DNA of 64,000 nt. Origin: Epithemia pelagica. Lineage: Eukaryota; Protista; Bacillariophyta. The notes beneath the pieces were generated by a model. That model made no database searches. It was not told where the DNA came from and worked only from the letters and a program-made list of their open reading frames with translations. Position numbers and translations under genes: made by a program. Positions 1 to 9,505 of this stretch are shown here, piece by piece (position 1 is the first letter of the stretch; each line of letters opens with the position of its first letter). Location of the stretch: contig OX337238.1 of NCBI GenBank assembly GCA_946965045.2, positions 1,674,001 through 1,738,000 of the forward strand, read 5' to 3'.

Positions 1-1503
1 ACTTGTGGATCGCACATGTACTTATGTTCCAATCGTATGTAAGGGTTGCCTCCGACCATGCAATTCAAATGGAGAATGTGTCAGTATTCGGGTCTGTTGG
101 AAGTCCAACAATAAATATTTCATATGGCGTTTCTGTATGATCGTTCGAAGAGCCTTACTCTTGAATCAATACAGGCCTGACCTGACTTCTGGGGTAGGAG
201 GGATACCCCGATACACACAGGTGGTCATAGTCAAAGCAGTTCAACAGATGTACAAGGACCTCCGGTACCCCAATGAATCATCACAATTCTCTAGCCCCTT
301 CATACACATGGGAACAGAGGTCGAGTGGACAAAATGGTTGGTATCAACCTGCTTCATACAACAAACGCCGAAAACCACAAAGTAACAAACCACAAAACAA
401 GGGGGTACTTAGTGAAAGCCGTGGAAACAATCTTCATCCAGAAGAAACCCAGTTCCAAAATGACGGCGACATCACATTTCTCGAGGATTTATTTCAATTG
501 AGAGAAGAGAAATTCCAGAAAGAGAAGAAAGGACATCACAAAAATAACAACAGCAACCACGTCGATGAATTGGCACCACGAGTAGGAGATGTCAGCTCTC
601 CTGAACCAGGTATATCCGTCGAAGGGCATCACGAGAAAACAGAGTCTCCAAAGAAAACAGAGACTCCTGGTAACGTTGTTGTACCACCATCCATTCCCCG
701 ATACAACTATCGTTCCACATACTAATCCCAAGAAAACGGTCATTCGCAATCCATATGCGGTCAAAAGCCGTATCATTGACCCCTCTGTGGTCACTGCGAA
801 ATTTAAGACAATACCATTGGCTCCGGAATCACCGAGTTATTCTGATCGAGTTGGTGACCGAGATGCAGACTTTCACCCTGAAGTGGTTAAGTTCACCAGA
901 CTTGCCAACAAGGTATTGGGTTCTACAGAGAATATAGCAGATGCCATTTGTCCAGTTTGTTTGTTTCAAGATAACCCAACAACCGATCGGTATCTAACAG
1001 GAAAATTCTGGCATCCTTTTGGTACTACTCACCGGTGCCGTGACCATTGTTACGGTTGTGGGGTACATTGTGATGTATGCGAAACAGGTGGCAATGAATA
1101 CAAATGCTGACAATGCATTTTCGACCACGATGGTAAACTCCATGATAAACTTGTGGATCGCACATGTACTTATGTTCCAATCGTATGTAAGGGTTGCCTC
1201 CGACCATGCAATTCAAATGGAGAATGTGTCAGTATTCGGGTCTGTTGGAAGTCCAACAATAAATATTTCATATGGCGTTTCTGTATGATCGTTCGAAGAG
1301 CCTTACTCTTGAATCAATACAGGCCTGACCTGACTTCTGGGGTAGGAGGGATACCCCGATACACACAGGTGGTCATAGTCAAAGCAGTTCAACAGATGTA
1401 CAAGGACCTCCGGTACCCCAATGAATCATCACAATTCTCTAGCCCCTTCATACACATGGGAACAGAGGTCGAGTGGACAAAATGGTTGGTATCAACCTGC
1501 TTC
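1..1503 (+). repeat. Direct duplication: 1-355 repeated at 1149-1503 (offset 1148 bp); the first copy probably starts before the window
   Basis: Both copies start ACTTGTGGATCGCACATG and end ...ATCAACCTGCTTC; ORFs 5..385 and 1153..1584 share their first ~117 aa. Confidence 0.95.
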
Positions 1504-1584
1504 GGTCCCTTTTTCAATCACATGGTGTTATTCCGATACTGTTTCCAAGCCATCATGAACCTCAAAGAGAATACCGCGACTTAA
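356..1584 (+). pseudogene. Disrupted Cys-rich (putative Zn-binding) protein, paralog of 3369..4244
   Basis: ORFs 589..1110 and 1153..1584 are in the same frame, separated by one TGA (1108-1110) inside KC*QC. A frame change from ORF 273..725 is needed near 700-720. Shares CKxCxRP, FxWxFCM and FIH...WxxWLxS motifs with 3369..4244. Confidence 0.6.
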
Positions 1585-1596
1585 ATTAAAACAGAC

Positions 1597-3200
1597 GTCG
1601 ATGTCCCAAACTTCCATGGACATGGAGCAAAGACACCGTCCTATAGCTTGAATCACTCCAAATATCGGTAGAGACACTTGGGAGATCATAGGCATGGATA
1701 ATATAGGCTCTGAACTCATCTACCATGGACTGAAAGTCTTGTTGTAGACCATACCAGTGTGGTGTTGTCGATGTACCAAACTTCCATGGACATGGAGCAA
1801 AGACACCGTCCTATAGCTTGAATCACTCCAAATATCGGTAGAGACACTTGGGAGATCATAGGCATGGATAATATAGGCTCTGAACTCATCTACCATGGAC
1901 CAAAAGTTTTGTCGTAGACCATACCAGTGTGGTGTTGTCGATGTACTAAACTTCCATGGACATGGAGCAAAGACACCGTCCTATAGCTTGAATCACTCCA
2001 AATATCGGTAGAGACACTTGGGAGATCATAGGCATGGATAATATAGGCTCTGAACTCATCTACCATGGACTGAAAGTCTTGTTGTAGACCATACCAGTGT
2101 GGTGTTGTCGATGTACCAAACTTCCATGGACATGGAGCAAAGACGCCCTTCTATAACTTGAATCGCTCCAAATTTCGGTAGAGACACTTGGGGTATCATA
2201 GGCATGGATATCATAGGCTCTGAACTCATCTACCATGGACCAAAAGTTTTGTCGTAGACCATACCAGTGTGGTGTTGTCGATGTACCAAACTTCCATGGA
2301 CATGGAGCAAAGACGCCCTTCTATAACTTGAATCGCTCCAAATTTCGGTAGAGACACTTGGGGTATCATAGGCATGGATATCATAGGCTCTGAACTCATC
2401 TACCATGGACCAAAAGTTTTGTCGTAGACCATACCAGTGTGGTGTTGTCGATGTACCAAACTTCCATGGACATGGAGCAAAGACGCCCTTCTATAACTTG
2501 AATCGCTCCAAATTTCGGTAGCGACACTTAGGGTATCATAGGCATGGATGTCATAGGCTTTGATAGCGTCTATCGCGGACCAAAAGTCTTGTTGTAGACC
2601 ATACCGGTGTGGCGTTGTCGTTGTTTCAACCTTCCATGGGGGGCATGGAGCAACGACACCCTTCTATGACTTGAATCGCTCCAAAATTCGGTACAGACAC
2701 TTGCGGTATCATAGGCATGGACGTCATAGGCGCTGAACTTGTCTATCATTGATCAAAATTCTTCTTGTAGACCACACTGGTGCGGCGTTGTCGTTGTCCT
2801 AAACTTCCATAGACTTCTTGGAGCAAAGACATTTTTCTGTTCATCGAATCGACCCAGGTCTTGGTACATATCCTCGGGATATCATAGCCATGTATACCAT
2901 AGGCTCTGATCTCATGTGCCGTCAAGATAAAGGCTTGCAATAGATCAGATCGGTTTGGCGTTGTCGCCGTGCCAAAATTCTATGGACATGGAGCAAAGAG
3001 ATCCTTCTCTTCATGGAATCGGTCCAGATTTTGGAAGAGACCCTTAGTGTATCATTTTTATGGATACCATAGGATCTGATCTCGTGATCTGTGACGAGAA
3101 AGGCTTGCAATAGACCATACCGATATAGCGTTGGCCTTGACATTGTCCAAAAATTTCGTAGGCTCATTTTATCCTCCATTGAATCGTATGACAAAGCAAA
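1597..3200. repeat. Tandem array of ~9.5 units of 170-173 bp
   Basis: Unit starts (GTCG...) at 1597, 1767, 1937, 2107, 2277, 2447, 2617, 2790 and 2963. Units are near-identical on the left and increasingly diverged to the right. Confidence 0.95.
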
Positions 3201-3368
3201 CAAGACTCAGAAATTCTTAGCGTTATTTGAATTTTTCCCCATAAAAACGATAAGAACTGAGAGATAGTCAGGATCAGTTGTTTTCTCCGAAGTACATCTT
3301 CTTGCAACCGCAAACAGAAATCCTCTTACCATTACTCTTCGAGAAGACCGTTCGATATCGTATAAAAG

Positions 3369-4244
3369 ATGGAAGACTCGTCTTGGTTGAATACTGTTGC
3401 AATATGGAATCTCATCTCGAATACACGATTTGATGTTGAAATTTCGTTTTGTCTTCGTAGCAGTGATAGGAATGTTGTTCTCACTGAAGATGTTGCGGCG
3501 GCAGCCGAAGGAATCAAAAACAAATTCAAGGATCTTGTAGACAAGATTATTAATCACGAGGGACGACTTGATGTGATTTCCATTATGAATGGTAATCAAG
3601 AGGGATATACAGAAGAGCACCAGTGTCAGATGGGCACATGGGCAGACAGACCGGAATTCCTTGACGGACCCTTCATCTGGAAACAAAACTTCCTCGAGAC
3701 ATGTCTTGTTTGCGGTAAATTCACCTGTAATCAACGGGTAACAATATACACATGCAAGCATTGTTTCCGTCCTTTACAAGTACCTGGGTCGTCTTCATCT
3801 TGTGATACCACTTGTGCAAAGACTCCCTGTACTTCATCCATGAACATGTCCTTCGTATGGGAGTTCTGTATGACTTTAAGAGAGGCATTCCAAGCGTGGT
3901 TTGACTTCCACAAGTTTGGAAAAAACAGAAAGATTCCCTTTTTTGAATATATCCCAGCCAAAACTTGTGGGATCTTGACAAAAACGGTCGGTAAAGTATG
4001 GAGAGAAAAATTGGAGCCTTATTACGACGAGGATACCAAGTGGCGTAGTCCATCTCATTTCATTCACACCGAGAAACAATGGGCATTGTGGCTGATTTCG
4101 TCACCACCTGGTTGCTCCTTTCGCAACTATATGCCTATTTTTACTGCATGTTACCATATAGTACAGGAAAATCCAAAGAAACACGCTGCTGGTGTACCAC
4201 ACCAGAGTGCTCGTAAGAAGCGAAAGACGTGGAATGCTCCCTGA
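3369..4244 (+). CDS. Hypothetical Cys-rich protein (291 aa), paralog of the disrupted ORF at 356-1584
   Basis: ATG-initiated ORF with CLVC, CKHC and further Cys pairs, plus motifs shared with 1153..1584. The true start may lie upstream. Confidence 0.6.
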   Translation: MEDSSWLNTVAIWNLISNTRFDVEISFCLRSSDRNVVLTEDVAAAAEGIKNKFKDLVDKIINHEGRLDVISIMNGNQEGYTEEHQCQMGTWADRPEFLDGPFIWKQNFLETCLVCGKFTCNQRVTIYTCKHCFRPLQVPGSSSSCDTTCAKTPCTSSMNMSFVWEFCMTLREAFQAWFDFHKFGKNRKIPFFEYIPAKTCGILTKTVGKVWREKLEPYYDEDTKWRSPSHFIHTEKQWALWLISSPPGCSFRNYMPIFTACYHIVQENPKKHAAGVPHQSARKKRKTWNAP

Positions 4245-4283
4245 ATTTGTTTTTCCTTGGTGATGAATGCATCCAGAAAGAAT

Positions 4284-5390
4284 TTATAATGTTCCGCTAC
4301 GAATGCCTTGAACCGTCTTGGTTATACCATGGTCCTCTCTTGTTTCGTTGACAGTTGCATTCATAGACCTGGAACTTACTGCCCAAAACCAACTAATAGT
4401 GTCGTTCTTCATGTTCCCATCTTTATGTTGTCTTTGTGTGTGTATTGACGTTCCATGCCGGATCACACGTCCATCCCATAGAACCGAAACCCCATGAAAT
4501 AGTTGTATACAAAGACCATGGTATGTAGTACCATCATACTCCACAAGAATATTTGGCAAAACAAAGAACCAATTTTGGGAGTCACCAGGGATTGTCTCTG
4601 TCCAGATTGCGAATGAAACAGAACCATCGTGAACATCATAATGTGTCGTGTTCATGAGGTTCAAACTTAGGGTAATGGCTGAGGTCATACCTCCGACTCT
4701 TCCTCCGAATTCACTAGGCATTTCTTCGCCAGCTGAATCTTCTAGATACCGGAATGTTGGAATCACCCCAGGATATTCGCGTTCACAGAACCTTTTTGCC
4801 GCTGTACTTATTTTCGGCAGTATCATCGATAATGTCTTGTCCTTTGTAAATAATTTCTCGGAAACGAAAGTAGAACCGTTTCCTCTTGCCGCAGTATTAC
4901 CAACAGTAGTCATAGATCCCAAGTCTCCCTTATTACATCTGGCATTGGCCGCCTTTCTCAGAGACCCAGTACGTGTAAATTCCCTTGCTCTGTAGTGTAA
5001 TAGGTCCAACAACGTCTGGTCCTTCCGTAACAGGGATGTCACTCGAATGTAACTAAGTGACTCTGGTCTCCCATCATTTCGGCGTGTCCGAACAATGAAA
5101 GTAATGTTTCCCCGAATACGATGGTCGTATACCAGTGGCCTTGGGTGTGTACCGGACGACATTTGCAACCATAGGTTTCGATGCAAAGCACCACTAACAT
5201 ATCTCCGACTCCCTTTCTTATCTGAGTCATTCCTGTTTATAATCAGCCTTGTTGGATATTGTTCCCGTGACATGTGATGTGTCATCGACTGTTTATTCCC
5301 TGGCTTTTCGATCTTTCCCTTGTCATCGAGGTACACGTCAGGAGGTAAAAAAGTGGGCTCCCATCCTCCACATCGGACCATTGGTAACAT
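4284..5390 (-). CDS. TET/JBP-like Fe(II)-dependent dioxygenase domain (probably the last exon of a larger gene)
   Basis: NLMNTTHYDVHD (HxDxxD), FFVLPN, GVSVLWDGRVIRHGTS (distal His) and upstream GSM...G match the TET/JBP pattern (compare JBP1 NxRxxTxxHxDxGD ... FDxxxxH). Confidence 0.75.
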   Translation of the reverse strand: MLPMVRCGGWEPTFLPPDVYLDDKGKIEKPGNKQSMTHHMSREQYPTRLIINRNDSDKKGSRRYVSGALHRNLWLQMSSGTHPRPLVYDHRIRGNITFIVRTRRNDGRPESLSYIRVTSLLRKDQTLLDLLHYRAREFTRTGSLRKAANARCNKGDLGSMTTVGNTAARGNGSTFVSEKLFTKDKTLSMILPKISTAAKRFCEREYPGVIPTFRYLEDSAGEEMPSEFGGRVGGMTSAITLSLNLMNTTHYDVHDGSVSFAIWTETIPGDSQNWFFVLPNILVEYDGTTYHGLCIQLFHGVSVLWDGRVIRHGTSIHTQRQHKDGNMKNDTISWFWAVSSRSMNATVNETREDHGITKTVQGIRSGTL

Positions 5391-6311
5391 TCCTTCACAG
5401 TTTTGCCATTATTAGTAAGATGTTCACCCCAATCTAGACTCCAACAACGATGAATCTTTTTCAAGAATGCATTACTTGCAGGTTGGCCATCTTTGTGTCG
5501 CAGACGTAACCAAGACAACGGTAGTGGGACTGATGACGATGTGATGTTGGACGACCTTGATAGTTCTTGAAATTGACGCACACATGTATAAAAAACCCCA
5601 GCCAAAGGGAAGAGGATAATGATATCTCTGAAGAGGTGATCATTTTCGTCAAGACATAAATTTTTGTTAGTCCGAATCATCATGACAGGATCTTTGAATA
5701 TAGAGGACGACACATGTGTTGTCTTTTTCCTGATTTCTCTATATCTTGTCCTCGACAAGGTACATTCCAATATGAATGCATTGTGGATCGTTTTAGTTAC
5801 AAGACCCACCGGGATTTGAGCAACAATCATAGGACAACATTCTGGTATAATGTTCGAATGACTGACAACGTCATCTCTTGTCTCCTAAACATCATCCATA
5901 GCCTTGTTGTATATTTCTGGGATACGTGCAAAGACACTCGGGATATCTTTCATATCGACCTTCCGTTGTATCATATCCTTTTCGAACGACAAACCAAAAC
6001 AATCTTGATCGTCGTAACTTCCAAAGCAACGCTGCAGTAGATGCGATAGCATCCTTATTCGATCGATGTCCTTGTCCAAGACAAAGTAGCACATTCTTTC
6101 ATGTGCACTTTCGTTCCGATGCAACATGGCGACCACTGTTTCACTTATACGTTGCGTTTTCTTCTTTTCGTACTTGGCATAGGTCTCCTGTGTACATGTG
6201 AGTCTCGAAATCGTCTGATCCGATGCCATATCTTCGAAAGTGGGACGAATATGTTTCTTCTTTATGGATGTCACCTCCGCTCTAGGATGTGTGCTTGTCG
6301 TTTCCGAACTT
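5282..6311 (-). CDS. Linker exons of unknown function between the RING and TET-like regions
   Basis: ORFs 5885..6274 and 5282..5830 are in one frame, separated by a single TAG (5885-5887). Candidate introns 6312-6418, 5842-5925 and 5393-5475 join them in frame to the flanking ORFs. Confidence 0.45.
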
Positions 6312-6408
6312 CTTGTAGTACAAACACATAGTTAGTACGCGGATAGAAATGCCAAATACCTGAAACTAGAACGTCTCTTCTCTTGATGGAGAGTACTAAT
6401 AATATAGA

Positions 6409-7080
6409 TCAGACTTGCCTTTTCGCTTCTGTGTTACTGATCGTGATAGTAGAAGATTCAGTTTGGTCTCTCCTATTCTTCTCTCTTTGTTGTTCTTTAC
6501 TCATGAAACGGAGAGTTTCCAACGGTACACGACCCCATGCTGTCTCTGGAAATACAGGGACCGGTCTGTAGAGACCACGATGTTCCTCTTTTGACACGCC
6601 AACTTCTTCAACTGAACCATCATGTGCATTGGTGTACGTAATCGAAGCAATATCTCCGTTGCACAAGGGGCAACTCTCATTCATTTCAGGAGGTGTCGAT
6701 TTCTGTTTCCCCATAGGAACTTGTTTTTCGGTGGTAAGGACATGACCAAGACACACCCGACAAAACTTGTGCCCGCATCTCTCGATCCGACAGTCGTTAG
6801 GACGCTGTCCATGGCATATGGCACAATATTGTTCGGAGTCTTCATCATATTCGTCTAGGACGATTGTCTTGTCTTTCTTCGCAATTAATTCTGTCTCATG
6901 TAGATCATGTGGTATTAGCTCAGCATGACTATGACCACATATGGAACAAAATCGATTCTTCACCGAATTCCGGATGAAAGTACATGTTGGACAATGATAA
7001 TGAGGACAGTTTGAGGTTTCTTGCCTTGTCCAACTCACGATAGAAAAGGTCCGACTTCTATCCAGATCCTTTTTAAGCAA
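6409..7080 (-). CDS. RanBP2/NZF-type zinc finger plus C3HC4 RING finger protein region
   Basis: CPTCTFIRN...FCSICG (NZF-like, with TF motif) and CAICHG...CGHKFCRVC...CPLC (C3HC4 RING). No ATG at the ORF start, so probably an internal exon. Confidence 0.8.
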   Translation of the reverse strand: MLKKDLDRSRTFSIVSWTRQETSNCPHYHCPTCTFIRNSVKNRFCSICGHSHAELIPHDLHETELIAKKDKTIVLDEYDEDSEQYCAICHGQRPNDCRIERCGHKFCRVCLGHVLTTEKQVPMGKQKSTPPEMNESCPLCNGDIASITYTNAHDGSVEEVGVSKEEHRGLYRPVPVFPETAWGRVPLETLRFMSKEQQREKNRRDQTESSTITISNTEAKRQV

Positions 7081-7138
7081 TGAGGTCCCACTCGTTCAAT
7101 GTTCGTACCAGATCCAAAAATCGCCGATCTTCGCGAAG

Positions 7139-9388
7139 TCATTCGAGCGCCTTGTCCGCTCCTGTAATCTCTTGTATCACTTTAATGTCCTCGAATCGTT
7201 CATCGTCGGAATCCAGCACATCTTCCATTACCTCCCCTCGATCTTTCCCTTCCATTATAAACCAGCGACTGCGTTTGATCCTTGGACGTGTATCGTCATT
7301 AACGTCCTTGAAACATACACGCAGAGTCGAATCACGTTTCGCTTTATTGTTAGCCGTACTCACGATATGATTGCAGGCCTTGTGACATTCTCGCCTACAC
7401 GATGGCAATTCTTGAGCCCATTTCCCCATCATCTGATCACAGGACATATTAGGGGACGCCTTTGACAGGATCTCGTCGATCACACATATTATTGATACTT
7501 GGGGAAGCGTACACGCACTTGGTGCCACCGGATTCGGATACTTCTTATAAATGAATCTCCAGTCACATCCAACGAGCTCTTCCTTTATATCAACGCTCAA
7601 GAATGATTGGATTTTCTTATCGTCGTCCAATAGCCTTAGTTTCCGTAGACATCGAATCACTGTAGGCCTCCACGAGCGAATATCCCTTGTCAATAATGGA
7701 TCGAATATCAACACTTCTCTTTGATGTGCTTGTAAGAGGATTAAGACGGGATCAAAAGCTTCATACTTGGTAGTGACGACGACCAATGTAGTATCGGAAG
7801 ACGACGAACTCAAATCCATTGCAGTCGTTGTGTCCATTCTCAGACTATCTTCGTCGATTTGCTCAAAGGAAACGGACTTGTTGTGCCATTTATGAACCAC
7901 CAGCACAAGCATCGACCTGAATATGAGGGGAGGGATTCCCTTAAACTTAGTCTTCTCTTGAGTATTCGTCCGTAGCAAAAGGTTTCGTCTGTACTGGCGA
8001 TGTGGGACAAAAAGGACGTCCATTTTCCCGTTGTCATGTTGTAGAGAACCATTCTTGTTGGTACAGCAAGCACAGGTAAAGCCAAATCGCAAAACAACTT
8101 CATGGATGCTTCCCTTACGTCTAACGGCACTTTCTTTACAGAGATCCCAAGCTTCATTGATCGCTGACATCGACTGTTTGAGGGACCAGTTAGCCATATG
8201 AATCAAACGGTTGTTAGTGAAAGATGCAAGGTCGTCTGATGGACCAGGTTTATTCTTGAGAGGAGGTGGTTTCTTTGGTATTCCTTTAGGTTTGTCGCTA
8301 CCGTAGTCAACATGTGATTTACTTTCCAACAGACCCACCTTCGATTGAGAGGAAGATTTTCTTGTCGTCGCTTGTTTTCCTTTTTGTGGTTTCTTTTTCA
8401 ATGCAAGAGTATCAAAAATGGAACTCCGATCCTCCTCGGTCGCTGACAGAGACTGAGATGGTGATTTGCTCTCGTTATTTGAAACAGTGAAAATGGTAGA
8501 ACTTGTTGCACCATCACATTTACTGTCTGACGCTCGTTTACGGCGTTTCCTGTCTTGAGATCGTTGTTCATGTCGCCCCTTCTGATACTCCTTCGTCTTT
8601 GTAGCGTATTCCCGTTCCGTCGTCTGGTAATATGAAATTAGAACCGCCAAATTGGAATGGTCGTTCGCGGGATACTTAGCAGCTCTTGGTATGTCAAAAT
8701 AAGGACGAAACCAGCAATCAGGAAGTGTAAGGGCTAATGCTTTTTCAACATCGACTCCTTCCATTTCATAGGAGTCAGATTCCAATACCCGATAGACAGC
8801 TGCCATATGTTGAACGCTCCAAACCATTTCTCGGACTGGTATTGTTCTGTCTTTCCGAAACTTTGATCTATCAGACGTCATGTAGTCCAATATTTTTGCA
8901 GCCACGACATTAAGCCGTCTCTCCATCGAATACGAGTTGAGGACAATATCAGCGAGCATAGGATGGGCTCCAAGAAACACCTTGAGGGATCGAGTAAAGC
9001 TTGCGCTCGACTTTGATCTTGTCGTGCACGGGAATTCCTTGTCCCACAGACGAAGTGCGTCTCCATATAGAGTTTGTTCGAATAGGTCGATTCCTGGTGA
9101 AATAAAACTACCAGCTCCGTCACTCTTGTTTCCCTCTTGTTGTTCTTCGATCGTCTCTACAAGTCTCAGTATCTTCGGGAAACAAACAGCAGCATGCGAG
9201 GCGATATCACTGAAAATACTTGATCCACAGCGCAAGAGGGATACGAATATGGTTTCACCTCCATATGTAGTGGAGAAATCTGTCCAATTATCAGTGTTGG
9301 AATAAACAGAACAATACCACTCGATTGTATATTCATAACATATCAAGTCTGGGAAATATCGATCGGAATCTTCTACCGAATCAGCCAT
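7139..9388 (-). CDS. Hypothetical 749-aa protein with basic/Ser-rich middle and possible degenerate Ulp1/CE-clan protease-like C-terminal fold
   Basis: Long ATG-initiated ORF; NLS-like RKRRKR; VLILLQAHQREVLIFDPL and LPQ..C only loosely resemble Ulp1 motifs. Confidence 0.55.
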   Translation of the reverse strand: MADSVEDSDRYFPDLICYEYTIEWYCSVYSNTDNWTDFSTTYGGETIFVSLLRCGSSIFSDIASHAAVCFPKILRLVETIEEQQEGNKSDGAGSFISPGIDLFEQTLYGDALRLWDKEFPCTTRSKSSASFTRSLKVFLGAHPMLADIVLNSYSMERRLNVVAAKILDYMTSDRSKFRKDRTIPVREMVWSVQHMAAVYRVLESDSYEMEGVDVEKALALTLPDCWFRPYFDIPRAAKYPANDHSNLAVLISYYQTTEREYATKTKEYQKGRHEQRSQDRKRRKRASDSKCDGATSSTIFTVSNNESKSPSQSLSATEEDRSSIFDTLALKKKPQKGKQATTRKSSSQSKVGLLESKSHVDYGSDKPKGIPKKPPPLKNKPGPSDDLASFTNNRLIHMANWSLKQSMSAINEAWDLCKESAVRRKGSIHEVVLRFGFTCACCTNKNGSLQHDNGKMDVLFVPHRQYRRNLLLRTNTQEKTKFKGIPPLIFRSMLVLVVHKWHNKSVSFEQIDEDSLRMDTTTAMDLSSSSSDTTLVVVTTKYEAFDPVLILLQAHQREVLIFDPLLTRDIRSWRPTVIRCLRKLRLLDDDKKIQSFLSVDIKEELVGCDWRFIYKKYPNPVAPSACTLPQVSIICVIDEILSKASPNMSCDQMMGKWAQELPSCRRECHKACNHIVSTANNKAKRDSTLRVCFKDVNDDTRPRIKRSRWFIMEGKDRGEVMEDVLDSDDERFEDIKVIQEITGADKALE

Positions 9389-9505
9389 ATTAACGTGCGA
9401 TTCAATCAGCTTGAGGAAGAAACAAGGAGAAATTTTCTTTCGATGCAGGGTTCCGATGCAACTTGATACTACCGTTTCTCAAGCTTGCGTGATGGAAACC
9501 CTGGA

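Noticed and set aside
1597-3200. CRISPR array
   Set aside because: Whole units are repeated with no unique spacers.
3207-3761. Minus-strand 184-aa ORF and other antisense ORFs over 3369..4244, the LINE, OYE, zinc-finger and cyclase genes
   Set aside because: Shadow frames of better-supported genes, with no motifs of their own.
7030-7240. A definite intron joining the 749-aa ORF to the RING exon
   Set aside because: GAG|GTAATG to AAAAAG|GAT would be in frame but lacks a clear branch site; the strong GTGAGT near 7040 has no usable acceptor before the NZF. Left unresolved.
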